This document shows positions 28,846-39,507 of a stretch of 64,000 nucleotides of DNA, in pieces. Source of the DNA: an uncultured Holophagales bacterium (GTDB lineage Bacteria; Acidobacteriota; Thermoanaerobaculia; Multivoradales; UBA5704); the NCBI GenBank assembly GCA_963842525.1, contig CAWJGT010000009.1, forward strand, positions 416,001 to 480,000, given 5' to 3'. The translations under genes were made by a program, and so were the position numbers. The number at the start of each line of letters is the position of its first letter. The first letter of the stretch is position 1. The notes beneath the pieces are model-generated. The model did no database searches. It had not been told where the DNA came from and worked only from the letters and a program-made list of their open reading frames with translations.

Positions 28846-30392
28846 ATGAAGAAATGTCCCCGTCCCTGCCCCTGGAACGCCGTCCCTTGGCTGAAGGCGA
28901 TCCAGATGCTGCCGCGGGACGGCAAGGCGGTGTCCCGTGACTTCAAGGACAACGAGGACGAGGTCTTCAGCGCCGTGGCCGAGCTCGTGCTGAATCGAGC
29001 GGGCATGGCCGAGGACGGGCCCGTCCGCTCGCTCGGCGGATACTCGATCCCGGAGCGGACCCGGTCCTTCGGTGTGACCGAGATCCTCGAGGCTCCACCT
29101 CCAGCTCCGCCTCCTCAGGTGCGCGTGGAGATTGCCCGGCTCCCCGTGACCGGCGCCGAGCTTTTCGGCCGGCAGGCGGAGCTGAGTTGGCTCGACCAGC
29201 TCTGGGATGAGGGCAGAGTGCGCGTCGCGAGCCTCGTCGCCTGGGGCGGAGTGGGGAAGTCCACCCTGGTCAACAAATGGCTGGAGAGCCTGGCGGCCGA
29301 GGGCTGGCGGGGCGCCCGGCGAGTCTACGGGTGGTCCTTCTACAGCCAGGGGACGGGCCATCGGGCGACCTCGGCCGACGAGCTGATTCATGACGCTCTG
29401 GGCCGGTTCGGCGACCCCGACCCGGCCGCCGGCTCGCCACGATCCCGGACCTGGACCTCCCGCAGGAGGCGGGACGCCATCCCCGGAGGATGATGGAAGC
29501 CTTCGCCCGACGCTTCGGCGCGGGACCCGAGCTCGAGCTCCTTCTGGTTCTGGGCCTCTTCGACCGGCCGGCGCCGAGAGCGGCGATCGACGCCGTGCGT
29601 GCGGCACCGGCCTTTGAAGGGCTGACGGAGCATCTGACCGGGATGCCGGAGCGAGATTTCCAGCGGCTGGTGGAGCGGCTGCGCAGCCTGAAGCTGCTGG
29701 CCAAGGCGGACCCACAGACTCCGGAGGATCTCGATGCGCATCCGCTGGTGCGAGAGCACTTCGGCGAAAGGCTGCGAGTCGCCAACCTCCTGGGCTGGCA
29801 GGAAGCGCATGCCCGGTTGTCGCGGTATTACGCTCAGTCGACGAAGGATCTTCCCGAGACCATCCAGGAGATGGCCCCCCTCTATACGGCCATCGCGCAC
29901 GGCTGCAAGGCCGGCCGCTACCAGGAATGTCTGGACGAGATCTACCGGCGCCGGATCGCACGGGGAGACGAGGGCTACAGCGTCTATTCGCTCGGCTTGG
30001 GCAGTGCCGATCTCGGAGCGCTCCTGAGCTTCTTTGACCCGGGGGAGCTCCGGCCGGTCGAGGATCTGGATCCGTTGGGGCGGGTCTTCGTGCTGGAGCG
30101 GGCTGGCCTCTTGCTGCGCTCCCTGGGACGGCGGGGCACGACCTCGGTGCTGCGGACGGGCCTCGCTCTGGCGGTGGCCGAGAAGCAGTGGCGTTACGCG
30201 GAGAAGTGCGTGCGTCACCTGAGCTCGTATTACCGGACGGTCGGCGAGTTCGAAGCGGCGCTGGAGCACGCGAGGGAAGGCGTCCTGTGGGCGGACCGAA
30301 GCGGGGGACATGGAGACCCGTCGGACCGTCCTAACCTCAGAACCTCACAGAAGGACAGGGTCCGCTGCGAGTTCCGAGTTCCCGCGCCTTGA
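28846..30392 (+). pseudogene. Decayed STAND/NB-ARC NTPase with TPR region
   Basis: LFGRQAEL...VAWGGVGKSTLV P-loop, break near 29450, then DAHPLVREHF and TPR-like helices. The N-terminus resembles the tail of a TIR domain. Confidence 0.6.
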
Positions 30393-30468
30393 AAGTGCAC
30401 CTCTCTTGTCGGGGTCGTCCCGCTACGGTATCTTTGACGGATCTCGGGAGACTCCCTATACTCGGACT

Positions 30469-31354
30469 ATGGCCGAGCCTGCCTGGAAGACGCCGACCGG
30501 GAAGCGATGGGTACCGGAGCACGAGGCCTCGGACGAGGCCGAGGAGCGCTCTGTTCTCCAGCGTTGGATCGAAACCCCCGAGGGTCGCCGGGAGCTTTTG
30601 GAGCTTCCTCTTACGCCGGAGCTTTTTCTTAACCCGGAGCTCGACCGACAAGATGCCCCAGGGGGGATGGCACGATGCGACAGCCGGGGAGATCAGCATC
30701 CTTCTCCGGAGCTACTTCCGGCCGCAACCGGAGGTAAAGGTCTTTCATGACCTGAAGCACCTGCTCGGACGCGGCCTGCCAGGTCCTGCGCCCGATGTCT
30801 CGGTCGTCCGGGGCCTCCCTGCTTCGATCCTTCCGGACAGCCTCGACATTGAAAAAGAGGGTGTCCGGCCCTCTCTGTTCATCGAGGTCGTCTCTCCCCT
30901 GAGCGCCCGGGTGCGCCATACCGATCTGGTGGACAAGGTCAAGCTCTACCAGCGTGTCGGCATCCCCGAGTACCTGATCGTGGACGCGATGCCCAAGCGG
31001 GGCATCCGGCGCTACAGCCTGCTGGGCTACCGCCTCGACGGCCGAGGCCGGTATCAGACGATCCAGCCGGATGCGGAAGGAGGTCTGCTGTCGGAGACCA
31101 CCGGCATCCGGTTCCAGATCGGCCCGACCGGCGACCGGGTCTTCCTGTTCGAAGCCGCTACCGGCCGGCGTCTGCTCAACCTGGACGAGCAGGAAGAGAG
31201 AGCTCAGGCGGCCGAGGAGAGAGCCGGTGTGGCCGAGGAGAGAGCCGGTGCGGCCGAGGAGAGGGCGACCCGCGAGGAAACTGCCCGCAAAGCTGCCGAA
31301 GCGGAAGTCGCCCGCCTGCGAGCCGAAATCGAACGCCTGCGCCAAGGGTCCTGA
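30469..31354 (+). CDS. Uma2-family endonuclease-like protein, frameshift near 30645
   Basis: PAPDVSVV...P.LFIEVVSP...DK..LY...GIPEYLIVD, with a coiled-coil tail of AEERA repeats. Confidence 0.85.
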
Positions 31355-31857
31355 TCGACCCTGGACTTTGAGTGGAGCCAGGACACCTTCCCCGCGGGGC
31401 GGTTTGCCGCGGACATATCGGAGGCCGGTACCGGTACGATGGAGGGGAAGGAGGGCTCTTTCATGAACCGGTTCCACATCCGCCTCCTGTTCATCGTGAC
31501 GCTCGAGATCCTCGTCTTTGAGGACGGCGCGCCGCGGACGGTGCTCAAGGCCGAGCCGCTGCGCCCGGGCGGCGGTTCTTTCCCGTGGAGCCTCGTCCTC
31601 TATTTCGACCAGGCCCTCACCGGGCCGGTCACGGCTCGGCCCGGTCCGACAACCGCACCGAGGCGCTACACGTCATGAGGCCGGAAGCGAGCCTCGCACG
31701 GGGATGGGAGGATCGGCTGGAGGTCCGGCCCCCAACCGGCGCGCGGCGGCTCGCCGTGGTAGTCGAGGATCTGGCCCGCGGCACCTGGGGAGGGGCTGTC
31801 GTCGAGCTGGCTGCGTCGGCGGGGAGGTGAAGCTCGGCACCGTGTTACGATGCGGAA

Positions 31858-32328
31858 ATGTCGAGCCTGGATGCCGAAATCCTGCGCCGGATTGGGCCCA
31901 TTCAGGGGATTGCGGCTCTCCTGGTGTTCGGCTCCCGCGCCCGCGGAACGCAACGGCCGGACAGCGATCTGGATATCGGTGTCCTTCCGGCGGCGGGCGA
32001 TCCGCGATCACGGCGAAAGCTACAGACCAGCCTGGCCGTGGCTCTCGCCGATCTGACGCCGCACGGGCGGGTCGACGTGGTCCTGCTGGACGAAGCTCCT
32101 GAGCTCCTGCGGCAGCGGGTCTTCGAGACCGGTCGGCTGCTGCTCAGCCAGGACGACGCGGCGTTGCGCGACCTGCGGGTCCGGACCATGCGTGAGCACG
32201 GCGACCGGGAGCACTACCGCGATCTAATGCGGGAAGCGCAGCGGCGCCGTCTGGAGAGGGGGGACTTCGGTGGTCGATCGGGACGCGCTCTCGAGTCGCT
32301 TGAGCGCATTGGAAAGCTATCTCGCTGA
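31858..32328 (+). CDS. MntA-type nucleotidyltransferase antitoxin
   Basis: VFGSRARG..RPDSDLDIGV...VDVVLL. Confidence 0.85.
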   Translation: MSSLDAEILRRIGPIQGIAALLVFGSRARGTQRPDSDLDIGVLPAAGDPRSRRKLQTSLAVALADLTPHGRVDVVLLDEAPELLRQRVFETGRLLLSQDDAALRDLRVRTMREHGDREHYRDLMREAQRRRLERGDFGGRSGRALESLERIGKLSR

Positions 32329-32689
32329 GCTGCGGTCCTTCCAGCGTCTTAGCCGCGAGGAGTTTGTCCGCGAGCCCGCCTTTCATCACCTGGCGGAGCG
32401 ATACCTTCATCTGGCTTGTGAGTCGGTTCTGGACGTCGCGCATCACGTCATCGCCGATCAAGGATTCCGCCAGGCCAAAGGTTATAAGGACGCCATGGAT
32501 GTCCTGCGGGAAGAGGGATTGCTCGACACCGATCTCGCCGAGCGCCTCAAGGGTTGGATGGGCTTCCGCAACGTGCTTGTCCATCTCTACCTGGAGATCG
32601 ACCACGGACGTTCCTACGATGCCATCCAGGAGGATCTTGGGGATCTGGAGAAGTTCGCCACGGCGATGGGGCGGCTGCTCGGTCTCTGA
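32270..32689 (+). CDS. HEPN/DUF86 toxin (HepT-like)
   Basis: GFRNVLVHLY RxxxxH motif, overlaps the MNT gene. Confidence 0.9.
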   Translation: MVDRDALSSRLSALESYLAELRSFQRLSREEFVREPAFHHLAERYLHLACESVLDVAHHVIADQGFRQAKGYKDAMDVLREEGLLDTDLAERLKGWMGFRNVLVHLYLEIDHGRSYDAIQEDLGDLEKFATAMGRLLGL

Positions 32690-32751
32690 CGCCCCCTGGG
32701 ATCTGCTAGCATGCCTGTGGGCCGGATGCTGAAAGCCGGGAGAGACGAGAA

Positions 32752-33000
32752 ATGACTATCGAAGTAACGGTCCCCGAGGAGGTTCTCGCGGCTCTTCGCA
32801 AGACCCCGCAGGAAGTCGCTCACGACGTGAGGGTCTCGGCGGCTGTCGAGTGGTACGCGGAGGGTCTGGTCTCCCAAGGCAAGGCCGCCGAGCTTGCGGG
32901 ATTGAGCCGCTATGAATTCTTTGACGAGCTTGCCCGGCGCAAGGTGCCCGTCATCCAGATGACCATCGAGGAGCTCAAGGCAGAGATTCAAGGTGAGTAG
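32752..33000 (+). CDS. UPF0175-family antitoxin-like protein
   Basis: VSQGKAAELAGLSRYEF. Confidence 0.85.
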   Translation: MTIEVTVPEEVLAALRKTPQEVAHDVRVSAAVEWYAEGLVSQGKAAELAGLSRYEFFDELARRKVPVIQMTIEELKAEIQGE

Positions 33001-33488
33001 ACGCTTCGCCGTCAACAGCTCGCCGTTGATCCTCCTCGGGCGCATCGCACACCTCGATCTCCTCCCGGCGCTCGCGGAGCATGTCGTCGTACCGCAAGCC
33101 GTCATCCGCGAGTTGGTGGCGAAGGGCGGGCAGGACTGGCTGGCTCGGACCGTATCGTCCCATCCTGGCATCGAGATCGTCGAGGATCTGCCGACTTCTA
33201 CAGATGTGCGACGATGGAACATTTGGAGCCGGGGAGTCGGCGGTCATCGCGTTCTGTCTTGCCAATCCGGGCTATCGAGCCGTGCTCGACGATCTGCGGG
33301 GGCGCCGATGTGCCCAGGCGCTGGCGGTGCCGCTCTTCGGTACCCTCGGCGTGATCGTCGAGGCTCGACGTCTCGGCCTCATCCCTCAGGCGCGGCCTCT
33401 GATTGCCGCAATTCGCGGAGTGGGTTACTACATTGAGGACGAGCTGGTTGATGCGGCCCTGCGTACGATTGGAGAGTCCTGGCTTTGA
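32993..33488 (+). CDS. DUF3368 PIN-domain protein, frameshift near 33222
   Basis: VNSSPLILL...VPQAV..E, then GAGESAVI...LDDLRGRR...GTLGV. Confidence 0.8.
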
Positions 33489-33521
33489 TCAGCCTGCTTC
33501 TCTCTCAATGAGCCTGTTTTT

Positions 33522-34184
33522 TCAGCGGCCAGCTTGGTAGATCCAGGCCGTCACCGCCCCCATCCAGTCGCCCGGCCGGAAAAAGGCGCCATGGCCGAGG
33601 CCGAGCCGCAGCACGATCTCCTCGTGGGCCAGCTCTCCCTTGGAGGCGGCAAAGGTCTTTTCGCAGGAGGTCGAGAGGTCGTCCGAGGCATCGCGCATCG
33701 AGAGGATGCGGCCCCGCAGGTCGAGGTCGAAATTGTCGGTCACCCAGGCGCCGCAGCCAGCCAGGATGACGAAGTTGACCTTTGGCTGGCGCAGCCGCGA
33801 GGAGGCCACGAGCGCGATGGCTCCGCCTTTTGAGAAGCCCATGACCGTGATCCGTTCCGGGGGAACGCCGCGGGCGAGGAGAGTCCGCACCTGAGCAGCG
33901 ACTTTATCGGCATAGCGGCCCACGTCCGTGCCGCGAGGCCGCGGCTCGCTGATTACCGTGAAGCCCTGAGAGGCTAGATCCGCAAGGATCTTTTCGTACT
34001 CGTAGACCCCGAAGCGTTGGCTGGTCGGCCGGATGCCCTCCTCTTCGATGATCCGGCCGTGCAGATAGATCAGGTAGGCGCCGCGCGGATCGACCTTCTT
34101 GGGCATGTCGCGCAGCCCTTGTCCAAGGGCGTGGGTAGGAATCAGCAGGAGAGCGAGGAAGAAAAGAACGACGAGCCGGGTCAT
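33522..34184 (-). CDS. Secreted alpha/beta hydrolase
   Basis: Signal peptide, YLHG, GFSKGG nucleophile motif, GHGAF. Confidence 0.8.
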   Translation of the reverse strand: MTRLVVLFFLALLLIPTHALGQGLRDMPKKVDPRGAYLIYLHGRIIEEEGIRPTSQRFGVYEYEKILADLASQGFTVISEPRPRGTDVGRYADKVAAQVRTLLARGVPPERITVMGFSKGGAIALVASSRLRQPKVNFVILAGCGAWVTDNFDLDLRGRILSMRDASDDLSTSCEKTFAASKGELAHEEIVLRLGLGHGAFFRPGDWMGAVTAWIYQAGR

Positions 34185-34504
34185 GCGGCTCAGTATAGGA
34201 CCGCCTCAGGGCCGCCGTAGTAGTCCACGACCACCACCCTTGTGGAAACCACTGTGGCCAGTCTCTCTCCCCGTCACCACAACGGCACCGATCTCGCGTC
34301 CAGATCACCATGGCCCTGGCGTCGCCCATCACCGGTGGGGCAGGCCCAGGCTGGCGTGGCCGGCGGATGGGAACGGACGGGATGTTGCGAACGTTGGAGG
34401 TGGCGGGGGCCTTGGAGACGCCCTGGCCGCGGTGGTTCCCACAAGGTTCGTGGTCGCGGACTAGGGCATCTCTACAGGCTATGCGGGGGCTTCGAGTCGA
34501 TTTT

Positions 34505-36925
34505 TTACTCCCGCCGCAAAGCCACCATCGGATCCGTCCGCATCGCCCGCTGCGCCGGGATCCATGTGGCGAAGAGGGCCACGGCGGTCAAGAGGAGCGA
34601 GAGCGCCAACCAGGTCGACGGATCGGTGGGCTCCACTTGGTAGAGGAGGCCGGTGAGGAGACGTGCCAGGGCCACGGCGGCGAGGAGGCCGGCGGCGATG
34701 CCGGTGAGGGTGAGCCGCAGGCCCTGGCCCAGGATCAGCCTCGCCACGGCGGCACGGCCGGCCCCCAGGGCCATGCGCAGGCCGATCTCCCGCGTCCGCT
34801 GGCCGACGGTGAAGGACATCACGCCGTAGATGCCGACCGCGGCGAGCAGCAGGGCGATGGCGGAGAAGGCTCCGAAGAGGAGGCCCCAGAGGCGCGGCTG
34901 CCAGAGGGCTCCCGAAAGGAGGCTCTCGAGCGGCATCGCGCTCTCGACCAGCAGCTCCGGTGAGACTGCCCGGAGCTCGGTCCGGGCCGCAGTGGCGAGG
35001 TCGCCCCGGCCGCGGACCACGAAGGTCAGGGCGTCGAACGAGGGGAACTGGAAAAACGGCACGTAGAGATCGAGGCCGCCTTCGCGGTCCAGGCCCTGGT
35101 GCCGCACGTCGCCGACCACGCCGACGACGGTCCACTCCCTGCGCCGCTCTGCCTTGCCGAGAATCACACGTTTCCCGAGCGGTTCCTGGTTGGGCCACTG
35201 GCGCTGTGCGAAGGACCGGTTGACGATCGCGGACCGGGGCGCGCCCTCCTGCTCCAGCGCGTCCTCGAAGGCGCGCCCGCGGAGAAGGGGGATGCCCAGG
35301 GTGCGGAAATATCCAGCGGTGATCCGCTGGAGGTTGGCCTCGGGGTTGAGCTGCGCCTCTTCGGCGGTCTGACCGGGAAGGGCGAAATCGACCCTGTGCC
35401 ACGCTTCGGTGCCGGAGAGCGGCATGTCCGTGTTGGCGCCCACGGACTCGACGCCGGGCAGGCTCGCGAGCCTCTCCAGGGCCTGCCGGTAGAGGGCCGC
35501 GCGGTCCTTCGTATCCTCGATCCGGAAGTAGGGGAAGCGTGCGGTCAGGGCGAGCACGCCCTGCGGCCGGAAGCCGGGGTCGACGCTCCACAGGCGCAGC
35601 AGGCTCTTGGTCATCAGCCCGGCCCCGAGGAGGAGCAGCAGGGCGAGCGCCACCTCCGAGACCACCAGGAGCTGGCGGACGTGGCGGCTGCCGCTGCCGT
35701 CGGTCCCCCGGCCTCCCTCCTTGAGGACCGCCTGAAGGTCGAGGCGTGTGGTCGGGACGAGGGGCGCGAGGCCGAAGAGCAGGCCGGCCAGGACCGAGAC
35801 CCCGAAGGTGAAGGCGAGGACGCCGGCGTCGACCTGGATGTGGATCCAGGCCGGCAGCTCGGCCGGGCTCGCGGCGATCAGGGCGCGCAGGAGGAGCTGG
35901 GTACCGCCCGCGGAAAGGGCCAGGCCGGCGGCGCCGCCGAGCAGGGCGAGCACTAGGCTTTCGGTCAGGAGCTGACGGACGAGCCGCGGCCGGCCGGCGC
36001 CCAGGGCCGTGCGCACCGAGATCTCGCGCTGCCGCGCCAGGGCCCGCGCCAGGAGGAGGTTCGCCACGTTGGCGCAGGCGATGAGGAGCAGGAAGCCGCA
36101 GGCGCCCAGGAGCAGGAGGAGCGACGTCCGGACGTTGCCCACCCAGCGGTCGCGCAGGGGGACCGGCAGGACCTCGACGCCCGCATTGCTCGCCGGATGC
36201 TGGCGGCCCAATCCGGCGGCGACGCTCCGCAGATCGGCGGCTGCTCGTTCCAGCGTCGCCCCGGCTGCGAGCCGCCCGATCACCTCCATGCCGCGCACGG
36301 TGCGCGGGTTCTGGTTCTGCCGTTCCAGCGGCTCGACGCAGACCCAGAGGTCGGCGTTGGTCGGGAAGTGGAATCCCGGCGGCATGACTCCGATCACCGT
36401 GTGACTCTCGCCTTCGAGGCGGACCGTCCGTCCGAGGACCTTGGGGTCCGCGATGAAGCGCCGGCGCCAGAGGTCGTCGGAGATCACAGCCACCGGAGCC
36501 GCTCCGGCCACGGTCTCCTCGGGAAGGAATCCGCGGCCCAGGGCCGGCTGCACACCCAACAAGGAGAAAAGACTGCGGGTGGTCATCACCGCCCCGGCGG
36601 CCTCGGCTCCGTCCTCGAAACCGAGGTGGACCTTGGCCTCCTGAAAGTAGGCGAGGTCCGCGAAGGCACGGCTCTGCGCCTTCCAGTCGAGATAGTCGAG
36701 CCACGAGACGCCAAGCTCGTCGGCGCCCCGCCGGGCCTGGACCTGGACGAGGCGGTCCGGATCTGCGTACGGGAGCGGGCGGAGCAGCGAGGCGTCGACG
36801 ACGCTGAAGATGGCCGAGTTGGCGCCAATCCCGATCCCCAGGGTCAACACGATCACGGCCGCGAAGCCGGGATGCTTGCCGAGTGAGCGCACGGCGAAGC
36901 GAAGGTCTTGCAGCAGGGCACCCAT
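34505..36925 (-). CDS. ABC transporter permease, ADOP/MacB-FtsX duplicated type
   Basis: [12 protein letters not shown]...[15 protein letters not shown]...[22 protein letters not shown]...DPMVALRRE. Confidence 0.92.
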   Translation of the reverse strand: MGALLQDLRFAVRSLGKHPGFAAVIVLTLGIGIGANSAIFSVVDASLLRPLPYADPDRLVQVQARRGADELGVSWLDYLDWKAQSRAFADLAYFQEAKVHLGFEDGAEAAGAVMTTRSLFSLLGVQPALGRGFLPEETVAGAAPVAVISDDLWRRRFIADPKVLGRTVRLEGESHTVIGVMPPGFHFPTNADLWVCVEPLERQNQNPRTVRGMEVIGRLAAGATLERAAADLRSVAAGLGRQHPASNAGVEVLPVPLRDRWVGNVRTSLLLLLGACGFLLLIACANVANLLLARALARQREISVRTALGAGRPRLVRQLLTESLVLALLGGAAGLALSAGGTQLLLRALIAASPAELPAWIHIQVDAGVLAFTFGVSVLAGLLFGLAPLVPTTRLDLQAVLKEGGRGTDGSGSRHVRQLLVVSEVALALLLLLGAGLMTKSLLRLWSVDPGFRPQGVLALTARFPYFRIEDTKDRAALYRQALERLASLPGVESVGANTDMPLSGTEAWHRVDFALPGQTAEEAQLNPEANLQRITAGYFRTLGIPLLRGRAFEDALEQEGAPRSAIVNRSFAQRQWPNQEPLGKRVILGKAERRREWTVVGVVGDVRHQGLDREGGLDLYVPFFQFPSFDALTFVVRGRGDLATAARTELRAVSPELLVESAMPLESLLSGALWQPRLWGLLFGAFSAIALLLAAVGIYGVMSFTVGQRTREIGLRMALGAGRAAVARLILGQGLRLTLTGIAAGLLAAVALARLLTGLLYQVEPTDPSTWLALSLLLTAVALFATWIPAQRAMRTDPMVALRRE

Positions 36926-36942
36926 GGCGGCCTCCAGGAGTC

Positions 36943-37278
36943 TCAGTCGAGTCCGAGCCAACGACGCAGGGCGTCTTCGGCAGCTTCCAACTCGGCGGTG
37001 TCGCACCGACCGATCTCGTCGGTTATGGCGGAACGGGGAACACTGACAATTTTATCGACCATGATCTGGGAGGCGAGTCGCAGCCCAGTGCGTTCGCCGG
37101 GCGGCAGAGAGATGCGGAAGAGCGGCGCGTCGACGCAGTCTGACGTAATTGGACAAAGGGTGACGCTCTGGTGCGTGGGGTTGAACAGATCCGACTGCAC
37201 GACGAGCGCCGGACGGGGTTTTCCGGTGTAAGGGCCTTTCGCCGCTACCACCACAATGGCGCCCCGATTCACTTCCAA
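36943..37278 (-). CDS. PemK/MazF-family toxin
   Basis: RGAIVVV...[14 protein letters not shown]...SQIMVDKI. Confidence 0.9.
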   Translation of the reverse strand: MEVNRGAIVVVAAKGPYTGKPRPALVVQSDLFNPTHQSVTLCPITSDCVDAPLFRISLPPGERTGLRLASQIMVDKIVSVPRSAITDEIGRCDTAELEAAEDALRRWLGLD

Positions 37279-37544
37279 CCCTGAGTGTCGGCGGTCTGCT
37301 CAATGAATTCGAGAGTTTCTCGTTCCGAGCGGCGGTGGCTCACCAGCAGTGACTGACGGCGAGCCTCCTGCACGTAATCGAGACTTCCTCCCTCCGCGCC
37401 CAGACCGGCGGCGAGGATCTCCCGTGCCACTTCGCTCTTGGTCTTGCGCCGCCGCCGTGCCTCACGTTCGAGCGAACGGGTGAGATCGGCATCGATGCGA
37501 AGGGTGAGCATGGCAGTCGCCTTCTCTGCTCGGCTCATTGTCAT
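37269..37544 (-). CDS. Ribbon-helix-helix antitoxin
   Basis: LTLRID...L...ARR..KTKSEVAREIL, overlaps the toxin start. Confidence 0.75.
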   Translation of the reverse strand: MTMSRAEKATAMLTLRIDADLTRSLEREARRRRKTKSEVAREILAAGLGAEGGSLDYVQEARRQSLLVSHRRSERETLEFIEQTADTQGWK

Positions 37545-38137
37545 ACAGTATTACACCTCCTGGGTGCGGTCAACCGCTGTTCGGGGACGGGCGGCAGGGC
37601 TGCGAAATCGTACTTCTCCGTCCAGATCTGCCAGCGGCAAAATGGCTGCCGGGGCCTTGCTGAGTCGAGCTTCCCGGGGGCGGCGCCGTGCCGTCCCCGT
37701 TTTTTTACCCGTCTTGAGGCGCCATCTTGCAGGCAGGAAACGCCTGGCGCCTCTCGATCCGGTCGAGGCTTTGCGGTACGAGTAGTGAGGCGATCGCCGT
37801 ACGTCCCTGAGAAGAAGGATCAGCGCCGCTTCGAGATCGGTCATTCAGGGAATGGGCGAACCCGGATGGGGCCGCTCACGTCGCCGTGCTCCGCACCGGG
37901 CCGATGGAGCAGCCAGGCGCGCATCCGCTCGGCGATTTCCTCCTCGCTGGAGGATACCGACCTTGAGGCACTGCGAATGACTTCATTCGGCGAGCCAATT
38001 CGGATTCTGCTACTTGACTCTGATCGTTTGGGCTCTTGGATCGGAAGGGCGGGCCGGGACCTGGTGGAGCCACTCATCAAGGGCGCCCAGAAGGAAGAGA
38101 AGAGGATCGCCCGCGATGGGCTCTGAGACCAGAATTG

Positions 38138-39423
38138 CTACAACACCGGCGCCAGCCACCGCGCGGCGCGGTCTCCCATCCGGTGGACAAAGGGGCGGCG
38201 GCGCCAGTCGCTGCGGAGGATCTCCTCCGAGCTTCTCCAGGTCGCGCAGGAAGACGCGCTCCAGATCCCCGGCGAGCTTCTCGTCCAGGGTCAACAGGTC
38301 GCACTCCGCGTTGAAGACGAACGAGCGGAAGTCCAGGTTGGTCGAGCCCACCACGGAGACGTAGCCATCGGTGACCAGGCTCTTGGCGTGGAGGATGGAG
38401 CCCTTGTACTCGAAGATGCGGACGCCCCTGGACAGCAGGCGCGAGAAGTAGCCGTGGCCGGCGTGGCGGACGACGGGGACGTCCGTACGGCCCGGCAGGA
38501 GGAGCCGGACGTCCACGCCGCGCCGGGCGGCTTGGCCGAGGACGCGCACGGTGGCCCAGCCCGGCGCGAAATAGGCGTTGGTGATCCAGACGTAGCGCCG
38601 GGCCGCGGCCACGATCGCCGCCAGGGGCGGCGGCCGTTTCGGCCTGTCCGCGCCTGGGACGGGAGTCGAGGACGAGGATACGGGCGCCCGGCGCCTGCGC
38701 TTCCCGCACGTCGAGAAGCGGTAGATCGAGCGGCGCCCCCCCGGCCACGATCCAGCCTTCGGAGAAGACCACGGCCATCTCCCAGGCTGTCGGACCGATC
38801 ACCCGGACGTGGGTATCCCGCCAGGTCTCGCCGGGCCGCGCCTTCGCGGTCGAGCCGTACTCCTCGCCGATGTTCATCCCGCCCGTGAAGGCGATGCGGC
38901 GGTCGACCACCAGGATCTTCCGATGGTCGCGGAACGGCTGGTACCAGAGGTAGGGGAACAGCGGATGGAAGAGCCGGCTCTCGATGCCGCGCTGCTCCAT
39001 CTCCCGCCAGAATCCCGAGCGGGTGGAGTACGACCCCAGTGCATCCGCCAGCACCTTGACGCGGACCCCGCGGGCGGCGGCCTGGGCCATGTCGTCCAGG
39101 AAGCCTCGCCCGGTCGCATCGTCCTTGTAGATGTAGGACTCCAGAAGGATCTCCGTCTGTGCGCTGGACACCGCCTCGCGCATTGCCGCGAAGGCGTCCT
39201 GCCCGCGGGTGAAGACCTTCACCTCGTTGCCGCCGAGAAACGGCGCGCCGTCGATCCGTTGCAGCAGGGTCTCGAAGCCGGGGTCGAATACCCCCTGGGG
39301 CAGCGTCCCGGCGAGGCGCCCGACGCGCCAGGCCCGCAGGTCGCGGGGGAGCTTGCGGCCTTCTTGCGGACGCAGGATGGGACGGAGGCGGCGGAGGCGG
39401 TTGCGGAGGCGGCGAGGGCTCAT
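38138..39423 (-). CDS. Cardiolipin synthase-like phospholipase D (ClsB-like), frameshifts near 38625 and 38230
   Basis: Two HKD motifs, RDHRKILVVD and LHAKSLVTD. Also ITNAYF and GSTNLD. Confidence 0.85.
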
Positions 39424-39507
39424 CAGGGCTGGAGGCTCGGGCGCGGCTCCCTCGATCCTCTCACGACTCTTCCGAGTGACGTAACATGGCGCCCAGGTTT
39501 CCTTCTC

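Noticed and set aside
31200-31275. 21-nt repeat in the Uma2 tail
   Set aside because: Ordinary coding coiled-coil AEERA repeats, typical of this family
31439-31830. Two short ORFs resembling pieces of a larger protein
   Set aside because: Fragmentary, with no confident family assignment
26133-36925. M14 peptidase and ADOP permease as maturation/import machinery for the IDPxG peptides
   Set aside because: Both families are common in such genomes, they are separated from the array by unrelated genes, and I did not see the shared promoter motif upstream of them
37740-37785. ORF ending LDPVEALRYE
   Set aside because: It matches only the last residues of ABC permeases and is a scrap, not a gene
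38809-39507. N-terminal extension of the 2328-aa ORF
   Set aside because: It overlaps the cls-like gene on the other strand. The plausible start is the ATG at 39508, before the TM anchor.
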